Below, piece after piece: positions 20,702 to 34,342 of a stretch of 64,000 nucleotides of DNA (position 1 is its first letter; each line of letters starts with the position of its first letter). Source of the stretch: Eledone cirrhosa (taxonomy: Eukaryota); the NCBI GenBank assembly GCA_964016885.1, contig OZ024740.1:268646001-268710000 (forward strand), written 5' to 3'. The notes under the pieces are model-generated. The model had not been told where the DNA came from and did no database searches. It worked only from the letters and a program-made list of their open reading frames with translations. Made by a program: the position numbers and the translations under genes.

Positions 20702-20919
20702 GCAATTCTTTCGGAGCAAATTTTCTCACTGAGGTGTTATCATCACAAAACACCTTAAAAAAAAACATCTTCCACTCTTGTCATGCCATTGGCTGTTGTT
20801 TTTCTACGTCATCATAAATTCTGGTCACTATTTACTGCTACACTGGTCATCAGCCATTTTCTGTCCGACACACTTCAATGGAGCCATGCTGGGTTTGGTA
20901 TCTCACACGTCTGTTCACA

Positions 20920-21797
20920 CTCCCGAGTATGTACCCACATATACACACTCAAATACACACATACAGGCACACACATATGCATGCATAGACATATGCACGC
21001 ATACATGTGTAGACACGCATACCCCATGCACATATATACACACACACACACTCTCCCTCTCTTACACATACCCAATCACACCCACACCCACATACAGAAC
21101 ACCACATGTCTATTGGCGCCTGCCTATACAGCCCGTTACATCCGGTCTCACACGCACGCACACGCGCACACACGCGCAGACACACACGTACACGCATACA
21201 AAGACACATATCGGCGTTCGGGCACATCTGCACATATATACACACACACACTTTAAGACACATACACAGACACACACACGCACATACACGCATAACCTTA
21301 TGGATAGGCATCAAGGACAGACACACCTCCAAAGACATAAGCACACATACACACACAGATACAGACCCGTACACATATCTACACACAAGTACATGTACCC
21401 GCATATAAACATATAGACAAACCCTGTCCTATGTGGGTGTACGTACGCACCCCCCCACACACACACACCCACTGACAGATACACACACCATGTATATATA
21501 TGTGTGTGTCCATAGACACACACACACATACAGACACACACACATACACATATACATATATGTATACATATACACATATATATACACACATATGTCTATA
21601 TGTGTACACACACACACATACATACACATAGACACACACATACGCAGACACATATACTTACGCATATCCATATATACATATATATATGTATACATACACA
21701 TATATACATACACATACATACATATATACACATACATACACACACATAAATACATACACACACACATACGCACACATATATATAACTCTACATGCAT

Positions 21798-21832
<35 letters not shown>

Positions 21833-22025
21833 CATATATAACTATACATATACATATATATATACACACATACGCACACGGACACCCACATGCATACAAA
21901 TGCACATATGCATATGTGCTTACACACACATGTTTACACATATACATATACGTACAAAACCGTAAAATAAATATACAATATACAATAAAAATACAATATA
22001 CAATAAAATAACAATATAGTATACA

Positions 22026-22085
<60 letters not shown>

Positions 22086-22145
22086 ATATAAAGAAATACA
22101 AAGATACATGCGAACACATACATATACATGAATATATCCACATAT
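20920..22145. repeat. Degenerate (CA)/(TA) low-complexity tract
   Basis: Direct reading; gives HT/CV-rich spurious ORFs. Confidence 0.85.
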
Positions 22146-22240
22146 ATCCCTGAATTTGTGGTGCCAACCTCAACCGTTGTTGCTCTATGAATAACTGGGA
22201 CAAAATAATCCGAATGGATTAGATTGATTCAGTATCAGAG

Positions 22241-22907
22241 CTATATAATACATTATAAAGAAAGAAGAAACATTAGATATAATTAATAAGTTATACCATA
22301 CGCAAATCTCTTTATTACTTCTCGACTACGTAGTTTCGTGGCATATTATGCAAAAACACTACATCACAGATACAGTATTTTTGTGAGGATTGCCGACTTA
22401 TCAAGAGGATACCTCATTTAGAGTTTCAAAACACATCCATAGGACGCGAGATAAAATCCCGAAAGGCGAAGGGGGAGTCAATCACGTGATACAGCGGTCA
22501 AGAAACAGAGCTAAGCCTCTTGCAACCAAGAAAAAAATACCACATAGGCGGAGGGGGTATTTATATCAAAACCGTAGAAGAGAAGTTTGAGTAATGATAG
22601 CTATCCAGCAGTCACTTCACTTCAAGGGTTACTCTACCATAGGGACTTGACCGCTGTATCACGTGATTGACTCCCCCCCGCCTTTCGGGATTCTATCTCG
22701 CGTCCTACGGATGTTTTTTGAAACTCTAAATGAGGTATCCTCTTGATAAGTCGGCAAACCTCACAAAAATACTGTATCTCTGTGATGTAGTGTTTTTGCA
22801 TAATATACAACGAAACTACGTAGTCCAGGAGTAATTAAGAGATTTAGGTATGGTATATTTTAATAATTATATCTAATGATTCTTCTTTCTTTATAATGTA
22901 TTATATA
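22241..22907. mobile_element. Inverted-repeat element (~260-bp arms, ~145-bp spacer) with a variant HHR in each arm
   Basis: 22241-22502 is the reverse complement of 22646-22907; TA flanks. Confidence 0.85.
22738..22830 (+). ncRNA. HHR with U3-A8 core (UUGAUAA) and long stem II; mirror copy ~22319-22409 on minus strand
   Basis: tcctc-TTGATAA-gtcggca...(tgccac in left arm)-GAAA-ctacgtag-TC-(g/c)ag(g/a)a. Confidence 0.7.
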
Positions 22908-22916
22908 TATATATAT

Positions 22917-23232
22917 ATTAATAAAAGGAATTCCAAATTTGTCTGATTTACTCGTTTTTTTTTACAATCCTTTAAAATTATAATGATATTATAGTGAAAT
23001 AGTATGGTAGAATATTAAATGTTAAGTGTTAATTTTCACAGTTGAAAATTGCAAACTTGACTGTCACCACAGAATATGAATCTGAAGGTTGCGAAAGCAT
23101 GAATGTACTTGTTCAATTAACACTTAACATTTAATATTCTACCATACTATTTCATTATAATATCATTATAATTTTAAAGGATTGTAAATAAAACGAGTAA
23201 ATCAGACAAAGTTGGAATTCCTTTTATTAATA
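22917..23232. repeat. Inverted repeat (~115-bp arms) between TA tracts
   Basis: taataaaaggaattcc...gtgttaatt versus aattaacac...ggaattccttttatta. Confidence 0.85.
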
Positions 23233-23262
23233 TAATCTTCTATACACAATCATACACACCCT

Positions 23263-23744
<482 letters not shown>

Positions 23745-23745
<1 letters not shown>

Positions 23746-24214
23746 ATTAGAAAGTGAAAAACACAAAATATAAATGCTCCATATTACCAAAGGTTTCTGG
23801 ATCCCAGACAATATTAATATACGTGTGGATCGGTCATCAGACAGAGTTGTTATGGATAAAAAATATGAAATGAGATTTAAAATCTGTTAAAAATTGGAAG
23901 TGAGGCTGGAAAAATAACGGAAAATATACATAAGAAAAGAAGGGTAATAAAAATAATATATAAAAATACATAGCAATATCAAAAAAGATATATGTGTGCA
24001 TATATATACACACATTCAGATAAAAGTAACAAAATATATATGTATATATACATACACGTGTATATATATACACACACAGACATACATGTACACACACACA
24101 CACACACACACACAAATATGTCTGTATATGTATTTACATGTGTGCGCGTGTCTGTGTATGTGTTTGTATATATGTATATCCGTATGTTTGTGTGTATATA
24201 TATTTATATACGTG

Positions 24215-24281
<67 letters not shown>

Positions 24282-24563
24282 CTTTTATCTGAATCTGTGT
24301 ATGCGTGTGTATATGTATGCACACATATATCTTTTTCTATATTGTTATATACTTTTTATATCTTATTTTTATTACCCTTCTTTCCTTATGTATATTTCCC
24401 CTTATTTTTCCAGCCTCACTTCCAATTTTTAACAGATTTTAAATCTCATTTCATATATTTTATCCATAACAACTCTATCTGATGACCGATCCAGTATTGT
24501 CTGGGATCCAGAAACCTTTGGTAATGGAGTAGTTATGTTTTGTGTTGTTCACTTTCTAATTAA
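23745..24563. mobile_element. Inverted-repeat element with microsatellite centre and an HHR in each arm
   Basis: 23745-24030 is the reverse complement of ~24280-24563. Confidence 0.85.
24473..24529 (+). ncRNA. Type I HHR (mirror copy 23777-23846 on minus strand)
   Basis: ctctat-CTGATGA-cc-gatcc...ggatc-ca-GAAA-cc(ttt)gg-TA-atggag. Confidence 0.78.
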
Positions 24564-24661
24564 ATAGCTCTGTTCTATACATAGAGCACTCTTTTTTCCT
24601 TTGCTTTTCCTTTGGAATTACCTCATACACACACACACACACATATATATATATAATGTAT

Positions 24662-24748
<87 letters not shown>

Positions 24749-24789
24749 GTATATATATAATGTATATATATCTATAATGTATATTTATA

Positions 24790-25185
24790 TACGAGGGCAA
24801 TCCCAAAAGTAAGGTCTCCTTCCGATATTGCAACTTTTCCGTTAAAATCATGTGGATGGTGCTTCGGGAAACCTCAGGAGCAAAAATGCAGAGAGCATCC
24901 AGAGTGATCCGCCGATCTTTACGCATGTTTTCCTCGGAAGGAGTCCTTACTTTTGGGATTGCCCTCGTATATAAAAACTGCGCAAAATTCGCACTTGGCG
25001 GTAGCGTTCAACCGGAGCTCCATTCTCAATGGCTGCCAAGCCAAGATTGAGCATCCCAGCGAAGCGCGCGCATGCTTGTTTGGGAGTGAGCGAAGCACCA
25101 ATCACAACAGTGTTGCCAACAGCCGTACGAACAGTTTCACTGCGTCCCCATCGCTTTGGAGACCTTACTTTTGGGATTACCCTCG

Positions 25186-25188
<3 letters not shown>
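24790..25188 (-). mobile_element. Internally deleted/rearranged mariner remnants (three TIR copies)
   Basis: TIR TACGAGGG(c/t)AATCCCAAAAGTAAGG at 24790, inverted at ~24945-24970 and ~25160-25188; transposase fragments MELRLNATAKCEFCAVF and DRRITLDAL...VSRSTIHMILTEKLQYRK. Confidence 0.85.
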
Positions 25189-25264
<76 letters not shown>

Positions 25265-25265
25265 T

Positions 25266-25296
<31 letters not shown>

Positions 25297-25459
25297 TATG
25301 TATTAGTATTGGTGCTCTGAAAAAGCGATGTATACATGAATATATGTATAGTATATTTGGCAATATATCGTATGTTAAATTTAAAATATTTAGAAGACCA
25401 TTCGCTATTTTAGAGTAGTGACCATGTCACTACACACACACACACACACACGCACACAC

Positions 25460-25499
<40 letters not shown>

Positions 25500-26149
25500 C
25501 TTATGTGCGGATACATATATATGGAAAACAAAGAATCAGTGATGCATCGGAACACAATTTATTACGTATTACAATTCTGTCTCCGGCGAACAGATCGAGG
25601 TGCTATCTGTTTGTGGATCGAACCTGACTCTGGATTCGCAAGTTCCTCAGACGTCCAGTGATTTCGTTTCGAAGCAAATTCTCTTCTGCTGGACTCCGAC
25701 CCTTGTAATTTCTATCATCTGCCATCACTATCATCTGCGCAGCACTTTGATTGGTTGATAGTTCGCGACGTCATCTTTGTAATTGACCATTGAAGTCTGC
25801 CCGCTGACCATTTCCATTCAGACGTGTCACTCACCCCAATCCCCTCGCAAGAAATGACTGCTATGTGCAGGGTAGTTGTTATGAACTCTCTTACCCTTCC
25901 CTTACTTGCCTGCCTCCCAATACATATACACCCACACGCACGTGTGCTCACATATATATACAGACCTTCCGAGCCATTAATAGCACCCTTATCTGTGCGG
26001 ACATACACACACGCACACACACACACACACATAGAGTTCACACCTGTACATACATATATATTCACCTCTCATATATAAGTACATTCATACGCAGACATAG
26101 GCACACACGTACACATAAAGGACCCACATATATACATATATCTGTCCAT

Positions 26150-26188
<39 letters not shown>

Positions 26189-26814
26189 CACATACATGTT
26201 TACACATATGTATATATACACACACATATATGGTCACATATGTACATACACACATGTGCATACAAACTTAGATGCACATGTTGACTGAGTTGGCGTTATG
26301 GTCCTAATGTGAAATAATCCACATACAGAAACCTTATAAACAACATTTCATATGGGAAGCTCATAGGAATAATGTAAAGGGTATACTCAAAACATATATA
26401 AAAAGTATATAAAAAATACACATGGGGTTGTACATGAAAAAATACATAAAGTGTTACACAATGGAATACGTAGAGAAAATACACACACTACATAAAACAT
26501 ATATATGTAGGGAGTACGGAAGAACAATTTGTAACAGTGTATGTTACTGTGGCTGAAATAGAGTGCCTTAGTGATGTGTGATACGGGATTGAATACCCAT
26601 GGAAATTGAGCCGCCGTGTCCTAGCTACTGCGACGGCGGTGTTTAAGATAAGGTACAGAGTCAAATGTGCAGCATTGAGTGTATCGACCTGCCCCACAGG
26701 GCATAGATAGTCATCAAGGTATGGTGTCGGATCCATGGACCCGGGCCGCCACCCCGGCTGACGTCCGTTTCCCAGTATGGCTCTAGTTGGGGCCATCCGT
26801 AGGTACCCATAAGG

Positions 26815-26955
26815 TGGGGGAATTGGCAGAGTTATTTCAGTACTTTGCAGTATTCGCTTCGTTTCTCTGTTCGCTGAGTTCAAATCCCACAGAGCTCAAC
26901 TTTGTCTTTCATCTATTTGGGGTCGATAAGAAAGTACCAGTCAGATACTGGAGTC
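26815..26955 (+). mobile_element. Diverged tRNA-derived SINE
   Basis: tggcagagtt... gagttcaaatccc, ctttcatc...ggggtcgataag. Confidence 0.7.
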
Positions 26956-27669
26956 GAATTTTTCTCTATACATGTCTCTCATTTCCATTCTCTCACTTTC
27001 TATCCTTCTCTTGAAGAAATCTGCTGTATTCAGATCTGGAGAGGATTAGGCTCCGACAGGTTTTAAAATGTCTTAGAAACGCTGTATATCGATATGGAAC
27101 CTCTACGACACCCTGACCAGATACAGGACCATACATACATATTCCACCTTGTATATCGACAACGCACAATTAATATATAAGTGGAAGTTTTTCATATTTT
27201 ATTTTATTGTACTCTATGTATTATTTAATCGCGTTGATATTAACTTAGAATTTCTACATGTCTAAAAATGTAAAGGTTTTCTTCAAAGTTATTTTACTCG
27301 TTAGAAAGTCTTAAATTACATCATGAACACATTTGTATGAAAGGATGTTAATGTATAGAATGCATACAAGTTCATTCACTTGCAAACATGGAGAGAGAGA
27401 TATATTACTTAAACATTCATGTAAAGTCTATGTGTGATTTTAATAGTAATATGTATTGTAATTCTAAACCTATTAGTTATATTATTGCCATATAATCAAT
27501 GATAATTATATCAAACGATTATGCGTGTAGACAAATATTCAAAAGCAACAGATGAATTTATAAAACAACAAACGTAACAATAACGACGCTTAAGCATTTA
27601 TTTACATGATTCTCAACAAAGACATTATATTTTATTGTTGTCCTTTGTGTAATTTTCTTTCTTTGTTTT

Positions 27670-30310
27670 TCTCAATATGAGACAAAAAATTAATGAGAAA
27701 ACTTTTTTAACGAACGTCCGATTTCGATGATTTATTTTCCAGTGTGCTCCAAAATAACGCCCCTGTTTACGCTCTTTTGTGCTATAACTCAGACCGGCTT
27801 GGCTTACAGGTTTGACCTATTATTTGACGTGCATTCTTCATATATCTTACTTACCGTTCAATTGAAAGTTTTGGCTACTCCCCCTTTCATGCTCCATTAC
27901 CTGCATAAATATTTACGTGTTCGGTCCTGCTACAATATAGTACTCACTTTAAACTAATTCAAAGTTCATTTGAAAATATTCACTACCAAACACATTCTTT
28001 GAATCTACGGTCATGCCACCCCCTAAAAAGACCACGACTTAGTCGCCAAACTAAAGCTGCTTCTGCTGCCAAACGAAGAAGAGCTACAGAGTTGTCCGTA
28101 GAAAAATTGACTCGGTTGTCACAAAATGCAACTCGAAATGCAATTACCCGGGCAACCGAGACAGAAGAAAAGAGGAGCATCCGCCATTCCGGAAATGCAT
28201 TTGTAACTGCAGTTGCACGTGCAGCGCAAACTGATGAACAACATTCTCGACGACGAAGCAACAATGTGGCCTCCACCGCTGTGGCATCTTTCGACGATCT
28301 GAAAACAATCAACGGAGAGCTTTGTACTTCATTCCGCGCAGCCTGCCTTAGACGGGGTCTACTGGAAGATGGCGCTCAGTGGGATGCGACATTGGAGGAG
28401 GCAGCTACAATACGCTCAGCGCAAACTCTTCGGCAACTCTTTGCGGTGCTACTGCAGACATGCGAGTTAAGCGACCCTGCATCCTTATGGGACAAATACA
28501 AAGAGGACCTTTCCGATGACTACATACACCAAGGACAACTGCTACTCCCTCATTCCGACGTACGACTCAGCGACGAATTCTTCAACAAAGCTCTCATTGA
28601 CATCGAGGACAAAATCCTAACTGCCGGCGGAAATGACCTTCCATTCTATGGACTGCCAAAAGTTCAGCGAACGGGCTCCGACAAACTTCCGACGGGCATA
28701 ATTCAGGAAACTGCCTACGACGTCCACGCCCTCGAAGTGTTCTTCAACGAAAACGAGCCGAAATTGTTGCAGGACCAACGGCGGGCGTATGACACAGTTT
28801 GCACTTCATTCGTCAACGCAGAGGAGGTATCTTTTTTTTGAACGCCCCAGGAGGAACTGGTAAAACATTCGTCAATAACTCCTCCTCGCCAAAGTGCGAC
28901 AGCAGAAAGGAATTGCCCTGGCTGTGGCTTCTTCTGGCATTGCCGCAACTCTGCTGCACGGAGGTAGGACAGCTCATTCCGCATTTAAACTACCATTCAA
29001 CACGACTTCAGATGACACAATAACCTGCAACATCACCAAGGACTCTGACAAAACTGAAGTCTTGAAAAGATGCCACCTAATTGTGTGGGACGAATGCACA
29101 ATGGTCCATAAAGGGTCCCTTGAGGCGTTAGACAGGACCCTACGAGAAATCAGGGAATGCAACCGGCCGATGGGAGGAGTACCTCTACTGCTGTCTGGCG
29201 ATTTTCGACAAATTCTTCCAGTTGTTCCAAAAGCCACCAGGGCCGACACTGTGGGAGCTTGCATTAAGTCATCTCCCCTGTGGCAGGAAGTGACAATCCT
29301 GACTCTCACAACAAACATGAAAGCCCAACTGCTCAGGCGACCACTCAGCAGCCGACTTTTCAAAGGACCTCTTAACATTGGTGACGGCACTGCACCTTCA
29401 GATGCAGCTGGAGAAATGGCAGTCTCGCAAGTAGGCACCGTTGTCGACACTGTTGATGACCTCACAGCTTCTGTCTTTCCCGATATGGCCATCAACTACA
29501 AAAACATGAGTTGGCTGTGCGATAGAGCCATATTGGCTCCCAAAAATGCCTCAGTTGGAAAAATCAATGAGGACCTTCTGCAACGCATTCCTGGAAACCT
29601 CCGTACCTACAAATCTGTGGACAAAGATGAGGTGGACAAAGATGAGGTTGACGATTTTCCCACAGAATTCCTCAATTACTTGGACCTCTCTGGACTGCCA
29701 CCTCATGAACTGCGCGTCAAAGTTGGGACTCCAGTGATGCTGTTGAGGAACCTGGAACCACCACGTCTCTGCAACGGAACACGGTTAGTGGTAAGAAACC
29801 TCCTGCCGCATGTAATTGAAGCCACAATTCTCACGGGCTGCGGTGCTGGAGAAAATGTCTTCATACCCAGAATACCATTAACTCCATCAGGTACGGAATG
29901 ACCCTGTACTCTGCGCCGACTTCAATTCCCCGTTAAACTTTGCTTCGCGATGTCAATCAACAAGTCCCAAGGCCAAACGCTATCAACGGCAGGCCTGCAT
30001 TTATCCCAGCCGTGCTTCTCACACGGCCAATTATACGTCGCATGCTCAAGAGTGGGATGCAAGCACAACTTATTCATACTTGCGCCCAAAGGCAGAACAA
30101 AAAATGTGGTCTATCTAGAGGTGTTGTGACTCCTCTATTCAACACCACTGCAGTCTTGTCGGTCTGACATATGGTGAGTAGATGCTATTGTTGTATATTT
30201 TCAAACTTACCCGTACTTACTTTCAATGCCTCAATATTCATAATTGAGTGGAATCATTAAAAGTACTTTAAAGCAATTAAACTCCGAGCAACGCCGGGCA
30301 CTTCTGCTAG
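27670..30310 (+). mobile_element. Helitron with deleted Rep domain and decayed PIF1-like helicase; 5' boundary approximate
   Basis: SFDDLKT...FRAACLRRGLLED; FFLNAPGGTGKTF; VASSGIAATLLHGGRTAHS; IVWDEC; GDFRQILPV; LCNGTRL; [13 protein letters not shown]; 3' hairpin ccgagcaacgccgg then CTAG|T at 30310. Confidence 0.93.
28894..30129 (+). pseudogene. PIF1-family helicase of the Helitron (in-frame TGA at 29899-29901, upstream frameshifts)
   Basis: Frame continues after TGA as [27 protein letters not shown]...[11 protein letters not shown]...NVVYLEVL*. Confidence 0.9.
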
Positions 30311-30829
30311 TTTATTATAAACTAATCAACATTTTTCAATGCCTCCGAGAAACTAGCTGTTACTAATTTCACTTTAGACAATTGTTTATAAAATTATTCT
30401 AACTATTTCTTGCTAAGCTCCAAATTAATTATCAACTTGGCTAATTTTTCTATAAACATCTTTTCTTTAAGTAACTTATATATAAATGATACCCGTTAAC
30501 AATAAATGCTGTTTGTGTCTGTTCTGTTATATATTAGTTGCTGTCTTCGTTGGAATATTAACTGTTTCTCCGATCTTTTTAGATGTTTATTTAATTTAAT
30601 TCGATCAATCGTAAAATCTGTGAATAATACCAAAAAACTCTAAATTATTATATAATTAATCTAATATATCTCCTTATGCTGTGCTTAAGTTAGATTATAG
30701 TAATTCTTGAAAAATTTAAGATATCATTCATTTCTAATCGGTTCATTTTAATACATGATCTTCTCCGTACATCATGAATATCAATACACTCTCAACTAGA
30801 GATATTTATATCAGTTGTTATTTATATCA

Positions 30830-31220
30830 GAGCGGTGGATTGGCAGTATCGGTAGAGAGTCGGACGCCATGCTTTGCAGCATAGAGTTACGGTCCTTTAC
30901 GGTCTGAGTTCAAATCCCGCTGAGGTTAACTTTGCCTTTCATCCTTACGGGGTCTATAAAATAAAGAACCAGTAACGAATTTCCCCTCCCCCGAAATTGC
31001 TGGCCTTGTGCCTATAGTAAAAATCATTTATATCAGTTATTGTAGACACCATGTTTTGCAGTATAGAGTTATGGGCCTTTGCGTTCTGAGTTCAAATCCC
31101 GCCAAGTTTAGCTTTGCCTTTCATCCTTACGGGGTCAATAAAATAAAGCACTGGGGTCGATTTAATCGACTTTCCCTCCCCCCCCCCCAAATTGCTGGCC
31201 TTGTGCCTATAGGAAAAATC
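30830..31220 (+). mobile_element. Two tandem SINE copies
   Basis: A/B boxes and core motif as at 18390. Confidence 0.85.
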
Positions 31221-32619
31221 ATTATTTCTTGTCACTTTATGATGTTGCAACCGCGATAGACATAGGCATTGTTATTGGCTTCGGTGTATGTTGATGTCAT
31301 AAGGACTATTAACGTCATTATGGTTGTTGACGTCATTATGATGTCATCATTATAGTCATCGTCATTATGAGCGTTCCTCTCCTTATTATCATAATTATTG
31401 TTGAAACTTCTATTATTGTCATCTTTGTTTGGTTGATGTAATTATCACCTATCTATCTCGTTGTTATAAAGATTGCTGTTGTTACTAAGGTTATTGTTAT
31501 AATTATTGCTGACGTCGTTTTGGTGGATATTCTCATTGTTGTCAGTGTTATGTTTTTGCTATTGTTGTCGTTGTTATTGTGGTATATATAATTACTGCTC
31601 TCACTGCTGCCATTGTTATTATTTTTGTTGTTATTATTATTTCTATTTCTATTCACTATTCATTATCGATATCGTGGTTAGTGGTATCTTTATTGTTATT
31701 ATGATCGTAATACTTATTATTTTGCTGCTTATGTTGATGTTGCAGTTATTGTCAACACAATCATTGTTAATGGTGTTTCGGTAAGCGTATAGTGTCTCAC
31801 GTCCTCATAGTTGTTGGTAATGCCTACTTTCGCAATATTACTACTGAATTCATCCCTGCATATTTATGTAGTAAACTGTATGTGTGAAAACAAGATGTGA
31901 GCATTACTAATCACAATTACATTAGTAATATTTACATATAACTTTCATCTATATTTCGTGATAGCACCACATCCCTTTCCTCACATTATCGGTATATACT
32001 AATATACTATAAGCTCTTTCTAGTGCCTAACCAGCTTACATTCCATTTTTTTATATCTTTTTTTTACCCTCCCCCTTAATCATCATTTTAAAATTTCATA
32101 TACTATACTATCAGTCAAGGTTAATTACAGTTAGACTTCCTCAAAGTATCATTGTATTTATATTGACACTATTCCAGTAAACTAAACATTTCTTATTATA
32201 AAGCCCCACATATATTCTCAGATTATTATATCTTGGTAAGTCCCAAAATGAAACGATTGTTACTTTATTGCCTCTGACAAGGCTAAATCAATCATGTCCC
32301 GGGCCCATTATCCTGTATCCTGTGGCCTTATGAGTTAACATAAACGATACGCCCTCATTTAGGAGTTTGGTATATTTCTATATTATCTGTTTCACTTAAA
32401 CATATATTAGATTCTATCTGATTTGTGGTGTACTTCCTGTTCCCCAAATCCTTACGCATCATAAATAAATATGTGCCATTTATGTTGTAAGAATTATCAA
32501 TGAGAAATACAGGTGATTTCGGTTAGTACACCATGATTTAATAAATTAAATCACTCGACGTTATGCAACTCATCCTTGGTAGAAGTGATATCCTCTGACT
32601 GGTACAAAAACGTTAAATA

Positions 32620-33030
32620 TTTATTAATAAGAAACAAAAGGCTGGACTGGAAATATTCTTCAAAGTTTTAATGTTGCGAAAACACTATGAGTATTTCAAT
32701 GGCCTAGTTACATCAACAAATCATAATGCGTAGCTTAGGCGATTTCATCAGGGGTCGATTGCAAAATTAATTAATTGATAACAGGATTAGGCCAAACACA
32801 GAGAAGAGAGAAGAGATTTGATTCAGAGATGTCTTGGAAATTCAGTGTTATTGTTGCAGCGAACCATCCCCGAATTGTAGACACTCAGCAATCCACAACT
32901 AATGAAATCGCCTAAGTCTTGCATCACGTCCATATGACGTACCTATGTAATTGAAATACGTATAGCGTTTTCACAGCATCATTAAAACTTGAAAGAATAT
33001 TTCCAGTCCGGCCTTCTGCTGTTTTTAAAT
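32620..33030. mobile_element. Diverged inverted-repeat element with degenerate HHR (best copy 32683-32756, minus strand)
   Basis: Arms ggctggactggaaatattc.../...gaatatttccagtccggcc; CTGATGA-aat-cgcctaag...ctaggc-c-att-GAAA; right arm GAAA-tacgta-TA. Confidence 0.6.
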
Positions 33031-33060
33031 GAACACACACACACACGCACACGCACACAT

Positions 33061-33096
<36 letters not shown>

Positions 33097-33104
33097 GTGT
33101 ATAC

Positions 33105-33178
<74 letters not shown>

Positions 33179-33319
33179 TTATTTAGGTTTGTTGGTTCAC
33201 CACTGGATAGAACTGGTCATTCCATATGGTCATTCCGATGTAATATTAGGGAGAGCACTCGACGTAATGCAACTCACCCGTCTTCGTTTGTGTTGTTGGT
33301 GGTGCGAGTAAGGAGTTAA

Positions 33320-33451
33320 TTATTATAAAATAACAGGAGGCTGGACTGGTGTCATTCTATAAAAGGTTTATTATACTATGATCATTTCAGTGACCGGATT
33401 CATACTGAACCCGGTCACTGAAATGATCATAGTATAATAAACCTTTTAAGG

Positions 33452-33455
<4 letters not shown>
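33320..33455. repeat. Palindromic stub containing an HHR 3' half
   Basis: Arms 33361-33397 and 33411-33447; reads GAAA-tgatca-TA; shares ggctggactgg with the 32640 element. Confidence 0.55.
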
Positions 33456-33486
<31 letters not shown>

Positions 33487-33874
33487 AGTATTCACAAACA
33501 CACATATATAGCTAAAGCGTCAATACAATTCTTCATGGAATATTTTCACGGTCTCAACATCTGAGATTAAATCCAGGCTACCTAAATCTAGAAATGAAAA
33601 GAATATATTCTATTTGAATCGACTAAGAACAGATATCTTAACTATAATAAAGGAAGGTCTGCGGGATTGCGTCAAGATTATATTTTTTTACCCCGTTTGT
33701 AAAATAAGTTGGATTACTTTGAATAAATAATGAATGAATATTACATAATTTATCTACTAAATTTCGTGGCTGTTGATAAATATATTTTACAGCTTAATCT
33801 TTAAAATTCACTTCTTTAAAATTATCAAATGTCAACACTTCCGGTTAGCGGTCATTGTATTATAACACTTATAA

Positions 33875-34062
33875 GGGCGGTGAATTGGCAGTATCGGTAG
33901 AGGGTTGGACGCCATGCTTTCTAGCATAGTTACGTCCCTTTACAGTCTGAGTTCAAATCCCGCCTAGGTTAACTTTGCCTTTCATCCTTACGGGGTCGAT
34001 AAAATCAAGTACCAGTAATGTACTGGTAATTGCTGGCCTTGTGCCTAAAGTAGAAACAATTA
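33875..34062 (+). mobile_element. Full-length SINE with 17-bp target-site duplication
   Basis: TSD tattataacacttataa at 33858-33874 and 34063-34079; A/B boxes present. Confidence 0.92.
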
Positions 34063-34342
34063 TATTATAACACTTATAATCGCATATATTTCGTCGCTAA
34101 TTTTCCCCTAATGCAGTTTATATATAATGTCGTCTTTTTTTTAAAATATATCATGGATTACTGATTACCGAAGACAGTGTAACATAGGCTTTGTTCAATT
34201 TATGTGTATATTGTCAATTACTATTTTATTTGATGTATCATATTTACATGTATATATATTTGTGTATAATATCAATATACACACTACACATGCTAGCAGA
34301 AAACCACCCGTAGGGTGGTTTTCTGCTAGTGTGTATAATCAT

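Noticed and set aside
29899-29901. Programmed readthrough of the TGA in the Helitron helicase
   Set aside because: The element has other frameshifts and a deletion, so simple decay explains it.
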